64,000 bases of DNA, taken from Bacteroidales bacterium. GTDB taxonomy: Bacteria; Bacteroidota; Bacteroidia; Bacteroidales; VadinHA17. This document shows, piece after piece, positions 1 to 6,579 of the stretch (the first letter of the stretch is position 1; the number at the start of each line of letters is the position of its first letter). Location: assembly GCA_029210565.1 (NCBI GenBank), contig JARGFQ010000005.1, positions 675 to 64,674 on the forward strand, read 5' to 3'. The translations under genes were made by a program, and so were the position numbers. The notes beneath the pieces are model-generated. The model was given only the letters and a program-made list of their open reading frames with translations, was not told where the DNA came from and did not search any database.

Positions 1-499
1 TTTCGGTTGCCGAAAACGACCTCCCATAGTTTCTTTTCGGGATATCTTTCTTCCATGTATCTTGACTCATATGCACTTACGATGCTCTCATCCATAAAAG
101 GGAAGGCTCGTTCATCAGATCCGATTGCACTATAAAACCGGCTATGGCAAATCTCATGGATTATTACTTCCTCAAGCCGCCAGGGATCCTTTGCCAGCCC
201 TGTCTGTCATATACTGAACGCTTGAGATACCACTGAGTGATCTGGTATGATTCGCCCATATGACCTAACAGGGATGTGACTCCTTTGGTGATTTTAACGT
301 GAAACGGAGTAGTTACCACTATTGTGTCGCCTGGTTTAAGAGGCTCATCAAGAATAATTTTGCAAATGTCAGGCGTCTCTGATAACAGATTCCATTGAAC
401 GATGCGGCTGCCTACCTTAGAATCCAGTGAATTGATAAAACCCTTTAGCTCCGGATCATTGAACAGTTTTCTCTTCCCGTCCCTGGCAAAAATGAAATA
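1..499 (-). pseudogene. Remnant of an M1-family (gluzincin) zinc metallopeptidase in two out-of-frame pieces; the distal piece runs off the left edge
   Basis: Hand translation of the minus strand. Positions 499..164 read YFIFARDGKRKLFNDPELKGF...PFHVKITKGVTSLLGHMGESYQITQWYLKRSVYDRQGWQRIPGGLRK then stop. A second frame from 206 to 1 reads QTGLAKDPWRLEEVIIHEICHSRFYSAIGSDERAFPFMDESIVSAYESRYMEERYPEKKLWEVVFGNR, which has HExxH plus a downstream Glu. There is no start codon, TGA stops lie at 500..502 and 207..209, and the long segment that normally separates these two blocks is absent. Confidence 0.55.
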
Positions 500-535
500 T
501 CAGTAAGCTCAGAAATTACAGAAAGCACGGTCAGC

Positions 536-1045
536 TTACCGATTTTTCTTGGTTACAGTGAGCTTGGTCTTGTCGAGGCCCTCCACTGCTTTTGAATCCT
601 GACTTTCTTTCATCCTCTGTTCCATGAAATCCTTCATTTTAGGATTTCGCATCATATGCCTGTGCATGGACTTCATCATCGCGGAGTCAGCTTTGCAAGC
701 ATCCATCATCCCTGACATCATGCAATTCCTCATTGTCGTATCTGCCTTGCATCCATCCATCATTTTTGATACCATATGATGCCTCATTACCGTATCTCCC
801 ATGCATGCTTTAACCATCCCGGGCATCATGTGACGCCTCATTGCCGTGTCGGCCTTGCATGTACCCATAATTTTGGACATCATTTCCTTAGACATGGTAA
901 CATCATTGGAGATCTGGTCCATGACCATCATTCTAGTTTCCGGGTTCGATAGGATTTGCGTTACTTCTTCATTTGTCTGACCGGCGGCGAACAATGTTAG
1001 AGTCGCCAGAACAATTACCAGTGCTAATTTTCTCATCGTCTTCAT
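536..1045 (-). CDS. Secreted Met/His/Cys-rich repeat protein (candidate periplasmic soft-metal, Cu(I)/Ag(I)-type, binding protein)
   Basis: The ATG at 1045 gives MKTMRKLALVIVLATLTLFAAGQ, a signal peptide; the ORF-track start at 1144 is an upstream extension. The mature part has four 18-aa units with Cys exactly every 18 residues (MGTCKADTAMRRHMMPGM / VKACMGDTVMRHHMVSKM / MDGCKADTTMRNCMMSGM / MDACKADSAMMKSMHRHM). By my count about 31 Met occur in 169 residues. Confidence 0.75.
   Translation of the reverse strand: MKTMRKLALVIVLATLTLFAAGQTNEEVTQILSNPETRMMVMDQISNDVTMSKEMMSKIMGTCKADTAMRRHMMPGMVKACMGDTVMRHHMVSKMMDGCKADTTMRNCMMSGMMDACKADSAMMKSMHRHMMRNPKMKDFMEQRMKESQDSKAVEGLDKTKLTVTKKNR
653..868 (-). 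repeat. 4 x 54-bp in-frame coding repeat (18-aa Cys/Met/His unit) inside the Met-rich gene
   Basis: The Cys residues of the repeat units sit at ORF residues 96, 114, 132 and 150 (period 18 aa), each in the motif C-[KM]-[AG]-D-[TS]-x-M. Confidence 0.8.
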
Positions 1046-1459
1046 CTTATTATCTTTAACCATTATAAATAGTAATTGAAACACACTTCGTTGCGTATTT
1101 ATGCCATAAAGGTAAGCCCTCCGCCTATGGTAATAATTACACAATTCTGGATCAGATTTACATAATTCCGACCTTCAATGTTCAGGTCTGACAGGGTTTT
1201 TGATACTGAGGCTGTAATAATCCCGGCATTGTGCAATAGACTATCCTGAGTAATTTCCCGGGAAACATTTTCTTCGTTCTCTTGAGCAACCAAAGAGTTA
1301 CGATTTGCACTTTCACCAATCGCCAATATGTGAACTATGTAATAAGTATAAACAATTCTGTAACATTCCGTTAGAAAATATCAGGCACCTTTACTGTCGA
1401 TTTTATAGTTCCTTAAAGGAAAAAGGACTACATCAACTAATAAAAATAAATAAGAGACC

Positions 1460-2020
1460 ATGAAATTTCTAATCGGTTTAATTACAGCAATTTTAATCAC
1501 GGGCATTGCCAGTGCACAGCACGGAAATGCGCCTGCAGGACACGTAACCCTTGGGGTTAAAGGAGGAATAAATATGTACAATATTCCCAATAACAGTACA
1601 AGTTACGACCAAAGAACAGGGTATAATATTGGTTTGCTTGGCCATATCCACCGCAACAGTCAGTGGGCATTTCAGCCTGAACTGGTATATTCCGGCCAGG
1701 GTGCAAAAAATCATAATCTGAGTTATCTTAATGTACCTGTTCTGATTCAGTATATGTTTGACAATGGGTTCAGATTACAGGCTGGTCCGCAGGTAGGTTT
1801 TCTTGTCAGTTCAGACGATGGTATTGATTATAGCCTGATTGACATTGCTTTAAGTGTTGGAGCGAGCTACATAGTTCCATCGACGGGTTTTGGTATCGAT
1901 TTAAGATATAATCACGGCTTAAACGATATAAATAAAAGCAGTGACGTAGAAGCAACCAACAGGGGAATTCAGCTTGGACTGTTTTACCTGTTTGGGCATA
2001 ATACAAGGGTAGTTCTTTAG
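1460..2020 (+). CDS. Small outer-membrane beta-barrel protein (PorT/OMP_b-brl_2-like)
   Basis: It has a signal peptide MKFLIGLITAILITGIASAQ, alternating beta-strand pattern (GVKGGINMYNI, FRLQAGPQVGFLV, GIDLRYNHGLNDI) and an aromatic-rich C-terminal strand GIQLGLFYLF. Confidence 0.75.
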   Translation: MKFLIGLITAILITGIASAQHGNAPAGHVTLGVKGGINMYNIPNNSTSYDQRTGYNIGLLGHIHRNSQWAFQPELVYSGQGAKNHNLSYLNVPVLIQYMFDNGFRLQAGPQVGFLVSSDDGIDYSLIDIALSVGASYIVPSTGFGIDLRYNHGLNDINKSSDVEATNRGIQLGLFYLFGHNTRVVL

Positions 2021-2048
2021 AATCCCACGCTTTTGTTGATTCTTTTTT
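2019..2048 (+). terminator. Weak candidate intrinsic terminator after the OMP gene
   Basis: AGAATC (2019..2024) pairs with GATTCT (2038..2043), followed by a T-run. The stem is short and the loop is 13 nt. Confidence 0.3.
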
Positions 2049-2187
2049 ATCATTAAATTTCCTGCCAGAATGAGGATGTCATTTTCCCCAGGTGGCTGTT
2101 GCAGTGCCAGTTACCAGCTGAATATTTAAATATTGGAAAATCTACCAGAATAGATTCCGGTCATTTGAATTACCAGGGAGAAACACT

Positions 2188-2565
2188 CTATTGCAAAGAA
2201 AAGAGGAAAGGACCGTCAGCGTCCAGTCTCAGATTCATTTTCTGCCCGTCAATGGTTCCCGCAGCTGAGCCATTGTCGATGTTGATGTCATTCCCTGAGA
2301 TAATGTAAGACTCAGTCGAATCTTTCCTAAGATCCCCATCTGTGTCTTTTACCCAGACCTCTACCGTTGTGGTCGTTGTAAATCGCAATTCGAGATAATC
2401 GATGACATCATCCCAATAAGACGGCCCGGAGATACATCTCTAGGAGGTGTTGATCAGGTTTTCGGGATTTGTGTAGTCAGTCTCTTTTGAACAGGAGAGT
2501 GACACAAACAGGAGGGTTATTAAAACAACCTTCAGGCCAGGCAATTTCACAGGTCTTATTTTCAT
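2188..2565 (-). pseudogene. Small lipoprotein gene interrupted by an in-frame TAG (2440..2442)
   Basis: Hand translation from the ATG at 2565 gives MKIRPVKLPGLKVVLITLLFVSLSCSKETDYTNPENLINTS, then TAG, then the same frame continues RCISGPSYWDDVIDYLE into the listed ORF 2188..2388 (LRFTTTTTVEVWVKDTDGD...). There is a lipobox LSLSC. The offset 2565-2388 = 177 is divisible by 3. Confidence 0.6.
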
Positions 2566-2687
2566 TGTGTTAATATAATGATTTTCAAACCACAAATGGT
2601 ACTGTACAGTGGTGCAGCAGAATTATTTATCTGCCGGAATCAAAAAACCACCTTAAATCTTCGCACCGGATAGCGCCAGGTTACAGT

Positions 2688-4262
2688 TTACCTGGTGATT
2701 GTAACTCTTCTCATGTCCCGGTAACTTCTGACATCACCCTGTTTCTTAAGGTGGTTGATCAGTGCCTCGGCCGTTGTGAAGAAGAGCGATTGCCCGGGAT
2801 CGGCGTGCTCGTAATCGTAAACCTGAGTTATGTAGCTGTTCATGGCAACGGTGTAGATGCGGTCAGGGTCGAGAGGGTTACCGTCTTCAGTATGAATGAT
2901 GAACTCCAAGGGATTACCTTCCGCATCAAGCTTCAGCTCCGTTCTGATCCCTGATGGCAGGAGAGGTGATCTGTCGTCAACCGGCCAGGCGGCACGCATG
3001 AGGGAGTAAATCTCCTCACCGGTGAGCTTTGTTACCACCAGCTCATTGCCAAACGGATCGAGCTGGTAGACGTTCTTGATTGATACAGGACCCTTCTCCA
3101 GGCGGTCAATGCGTACTCCTCCCGGATTCATCAGGGCTATATCCGCCCCGGCAGCCTCGCGCTGCGCATCGGCCATCAGGTAACCCAGCTCCTCATACGA
3201 GGAGAAGTCGTCAGTGGCTGTTGCGATTACCTCATTCAGCACCGGGTTATCATTGTACCTGTCAACCATGGCACGGATGGCCGGTGGTGATTCCTTCTTC
3301 GAGTTTCTGATGTCGATCAGCTGCATGCTTCTGCGCACTGCTCCATCACCGCTGACCGTCAGCCTGATCAGAGTGCCGTATTTCAATTTATTCTCTGCCT
3401 GTGTGATAATGATGCCGTTGTGTTTCTGCTCCTTTTCAACCCTGGTATGGGAGTGACCCCCAATGATCAGATCGATACCGGCAGACATGGTTTCAGCCAG
3501 CCTGATATCTTCTTCAAATCCGATGTGGGTCAGTGCAATGAAGATATCACTACTGTCTTTAAGCCAGAGGTATTCAGGCGCAGTCTCAAAGGGTGAACGA
3601 AAAGAGAAAGCTTTTGCATTGTCGGGGTGGGTGTCAGGGATGCCGTTCTGGCCGAGTTGCAGCAGTCCGAGGAAAGCAAGTCTGAGGCCGTTGGGCAGTG
3701 TGATGATCCTGTAAGGGCTTATACGGAGAGTCGGATGACAGTCCGTTAAGACGTTGGCGCATATGAAACTGAAGTTTGCCTTGCCGGTCAGATTGCCGAA
3801 TCCTTCAGGACCGGTATCGAACTCATGGTTTCCCACGGCGCTGAGATCAAAGCCTGTTGCATTCATCAGGTCAATCATCGGCCATCCCTTCTCCGGGAAC
3901 TGATCGTTTACCGGGTTTCCCGTCTGGTTGTCGCCGGCAGCCACAAGAAGCATATCAGGATAAATGGCTTTCAGGCTGTCGACTATCCAGGCCAGCTTCG
4001 GAAAGTTATCGATGGCCGCATGCATGTCGTTTACGGCAAAAATGACAGCCTGTCGTTCAGACGGAACGTTTGTGTCAGCAGGTTTTTTGGCGGCCGGGGA
4101 GGTGATAGCATGCAGCTCGGAGGCAGGGGAGTCAACGTCATGCTGTTCGATGGCCGGAGAGGTTTCTGCATGATTTTCATCAGTAGTGGTGGCACCGGTA
4201 TGTCTCGCGGTGCCGCAGGCGGAGAGTAATGCCGTGGCCAGCACTGCAACAATAATTTTCAT
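2688..4262 (-). CDS. Bifunctional metallophosphoesterase / 5'-nucleotidase family lipoprotein (UshA-like)
   Basis: The ATG at 4262 gives MKIIVAVLATALLSACGT (lipoprotein signal). Calcineurin-like motifs are present: FAVNDMHA, AAGDNQTG, GNHEFD, GGHSHT. The C-terminal half is 5'-nucleotidase_C-like. The ORF-track start at 4478 adds 72 in-frame codons (see findings). Confidence 0.85.
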   Translation of the reverse strand: MKIIVAVLATALLSACGTARHTGATTTDENHAETSPAIEQHDVDSPASELHAITSPAAKKPADTNVPSERQAVIFAVNDMHAAIDNFPKLAWIVDSLKAIYPDMLLVAAGDNQTGNPVNDQFPEKGWPMIDLMNATGFDLSAVGNHEFDTGPEGFGNLTGKANFSFICANVLTDCHPTLRISPYRIITLPNGLRLAFLGLLQLGQNGIPDTHPDNAKAFSFRSPFETAPEYLWLKDSSDIFIALTHIGFEEDIRLAETMSAGIDLIIGGHSHTRVEKEQKHNGIIITQAENKLKYGTLIRLTVSGDGAVRRSMQLIDIRNSKKESPPAIRAMVDRYNDNPVLNEVIATATDDFSSYEELGYLMADAQREAAGADIALMNPGGVRIDRLEKGPVSIKNVYQLDPFGNELVVTKLTGEEIYSLMRAAWPVDDRSPLLPSGIRTELKLDAEGNPLEFIIHTEDGNPLDPDRIYTVAMNSYITQVYDYEHADPGQSLFFTTAEALINHLKKQGDVRSYRDMRRVTITR

Positions 4263-4504
4263 GGAGGCCGCTCTCTTTCGGCGCCTGTATACGATGAAAA
4301 GCGCGTTCCCTTCCGACAGCTCCCCGTCGTGGGCAACCCTGTTCCCAAAACGATCCTCGACAGGAGGCAGCCTTTTTGGCACTCTTCTGCCTGACTGAGT
4401 ATAAAAACTGACGATGGCGTCTTTTACCCTGGCTCCTCTGTGCAGTTCAAGCGGGGTGTTGTTTACTGTGAGTTTCATTCGCCCAATATATTATGTTTTC
4501 ATTA

Positions 4505-5170
4505 TCACCAAGGTTTTCCGGGAATGTTGTCCTCATAAATTCGCCTGACACAGGGAAGCAGCTCTTTCGGTGTTTCAGCGATCTGATCGGGATGGGTTGC
4601 CGCAAGTGCTTCCATGGGACTCAGTCCCCATCTGACGGCAATGACCCTGATCCCGGCTTTCCTGGAGGCCTCCACATCCCTCGTTTCATCACCAACATAG
4701 ATAACGCTTTCCGGGGAGATCTTTTCATGATCAAGTAATCGCCTGATAACCATTGCCTTGCCAAAGTAGTTTTTGCCGCTGTAGATAAAATCGAAGGTAT
4801 CGGACAGGTTATTAACTTTAAGGAACATACTTACATTCCTGGCAGAGTTGGAGGTCAGGATTCCCATACTGAAGCCTGCATTTTTGATATCCCTCAGGGC
4901 GGGGATAATATCTTTTGCCGGGTTTACATCAGGGATATGTGTAGCCAGTTCTTTTCTTATCCGGAGAAGCAGTGAAAACAATTTCAGCCTTGTTATACCG
5001 TAGCTCATCAGAACCTCCTGTGGTTTCCGGGTTTTCAACAGCTCCCTGTCTTCCTTCCTGGCGGGATTGCAGCCATATTCCTGCGCAATCCCGTTGTAGA
5101 TGTCAAATGCCAGCTCGAGGGTATCGGCAAGTGTGCCGTCAAAATCAAAAATGATATAATTTTTATCCAT
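4505..5170 (-). CDS. HAD-superfamily hydrolase (phosphoglycolate phosphatase-like)
   Basis: Motif I is FDFDGTLADT at the N-terminus, motif II is ILTSNS, and motif IV is YVGDETRD. Confidence 0.85.
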   Translation of the reverse strand: MDKNYIIFDFDGTLADTLELAFDIYNGIAQEYGCNPARKEDRELLKTRKPQEVLMSYGITRLKLFSLLLRIRKELATHIPDVNPAKDIIPALRDIKNAGFSMGILTSNSARNVSMFLKVNNLSDTFDFIYSGKNYFGKAMVIRRLLDHEKISPESVIYVGDETRDVEASRKAGIRVIAVRWGLSPMEALAATHPDQIAETPKELLPCVRRIYEDNIPGKPW

Positions 5171-5233
5171 TACAGCATCAGAATTTAATATAAATTACTC
5201 CTGATTCGGAGTGCAATTTAAAAACAAAGGAAA

Positions 5234-5307
5234 GAAACTTGTATGAGTAATGGATCACCTGGTGATTTGAAAACAAAAATTCATGCAAGTTTCATAAGAC
5301 CAATGAA
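5234..5307 (+). promoter_or_regulatory. Conserved 74-nt hairpin + AGACCAATGAA box, copy A, ending 19 nt before the start codon at 5327
   Basis: The 12-bp stem pairs 5234..5245 (GAAACTTGTATG) with 5282..5293 (CATGCAAGTTTC) and contains one G.U pair. It is followed by ATAAGACCAATGAA (5294..5307). A second copy lies at 39287..39360. Confidence 0.55.
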
Positions 5308-5326
5308 TTAAAAATCAGAAGATATT

Positions 5327-6460
5327 ATGAAAAAGATTACTGTTCTGGGGGCCGGCATGGTCGGAAGAGCGATGGCAGGGGAGTTGTCAAAAAAGCACCG
5401 GGTCACCTCGGCGGATATTGATGCCAAAGCACTGGACATGCTGCCGGAGGGATCCGGCATAGGGAAGACACATCTTGATGTCACTGACCATGAGGCCCTC
5501 GCCTCAGCCATCAGCGGTTCTGACATTGTTATCTCGGCCGTACCCGGGTTCCTTGGGTTGCAGACGATGGAGCAGGTCATCAGGCAAAAGAAAGACCTGG
5601 TTGATATCTCCTTTCTTCCGGAGGATGCAGGGCATCTTGACTCCCTTGCCAGGGAGATGGGTGTGACCGTGGTCATGGACTGCGGTGTCGCGCCGGGGAT
5701 GCCCAATTACATAGTGGGGTATCACAGTGAGAGGATGAAGATCGAGGCTATGGAGTATATGGTTGGCGGCCTGCCAAAAACCAGGATCTGGCCTTTTGAA
5801 TATAAGGCCCCTTTCTCACCGTGCGATGTCATTGAAGAGTATACCCGCCCGGCGCGCTATGTGGAGAACGGGAGAACGGTCGTCAAGCCCGCGATGAGTG
5901 ACCCGGAAAAAATATATTTTGACGGCGTGGGCACTCTGGAGGCTTTCAACACCGATGGCCTGCGATCGCTCATCCGTACCATGAACCACATTCCCGATAT
6001 GAAGGAGAAGACGCTCCGCTACCCCGGGCACATAAGCCTTATAATGGCCCTGAGAGATGCCGGGTTCTTCGGGAAGGAGCCTGTTTCAGTGAAGGGCACG
6101 GATGTGACTCCCCTGGATTTCACCTCGAAGATCCTGTTCGAGGCCTGGAAGCTGGGTGAGGAGGAGCCTGAGTTCACGGTTATGCGTATTAGGATCAGGG
6201 GCAAGGAAGAGGGAGTTGCCAGGGAGATCACATATGACCTGTATGATAAATTTGACCCGGTAGAAAAGCGCTCTTCGATGGCCAGGACGACAGGTTTCAC
6301 TGCCACGGGCACGGCGGAGATGATTCTGAGCGGCATTTTTAGCGAAAAGGGGGTCTTTCCCCCGGAGCTTGTGGGCAGGGATGAAAAGTGTTTCGAATTT
6401 ATTATCAGCTATCTGCGCGATCGCAATATTCATTACAGGGTTACAACCCTGAACATTTGA
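5327..6460 (+). CDS. Saccharopine dehydrogenase family NAD(P)-binding oxidoreductase
   Basis: It has an N-terminal Rossmann motif KKITVLGAGMVGRAMA, and its length and C-terminal half are typical of the Sacchrp_dh_NADP/Sacchrp_dh_C architecture. Confidence 0.7.
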   Translation: MKKITVLGAGMVGRAMAGELSKKHRVTSADIDAKALDMLPEGSGIGKTHLDVTDHEALASAISGSDIVISAVPGFLGLQTMEQVIRQKKDLVDISFLPEDAGHLDSLAREMGVTVVMDCGVAPGMPNYIVGYHSERMKIEAMEYMVGGLPKTRIWPFEYKAPFSPCDVIEEYTRPARYVENGRTVVKPAMSDPEKIYFDGVGTLEAFNTDGLRSLIRTMNHIPDMKEKTLRYPGHISLIMALRDAGFFGKEPVSVKGTDVTPLDFTSKILFEAWKLGEEEPEFTVMRIRIRGKEEGVAREITYDLYDKFDPVEKRSSMARTTGFTATGTAEMILSGIFSEKGVFPPELVGRDEKCFEFIISYLRDRNIHYRVTTLNI

Positions 6461-6579
6461 TAGCAATCCGAGCCGATCTAAAAAAGCAAGATTCAGTGCA
6501 CAAAGTGTAACCCTGTGCTCCATCCGTACGTTTAACGGAGTACAATACAACCCGGCGAGGGGGATGTAGTCACAGGTTC

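Noticed and set aside
1099-1326. 75-codon ORF upstream of the Met-rich gene
   Set aside because: It has only a TTG start, no ATG and no recognisable motif. It may be a gene remnant but cannot be supported as a CDS.
2440-2442. In-frame TAG as evidence for an alternative genetic code or pyrrolysine
   Set aside because: TAG terminates other well-supported genes in the window (6580..9111 and 39380..40621). No pyl genes are present, and all other ORFs behave normally under the standard code.
5304-5312. Mini-ORFs inside the AGACCAATGAA boxes (ATG AAT TAA at 5304; ATG AAA TTA TAA at 39357)
   Set aside because: They are two and three codons long, their peptides differ, and there is no ribosome-binding context. 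They are more likely incidental to the conserved DNA/RNA box.
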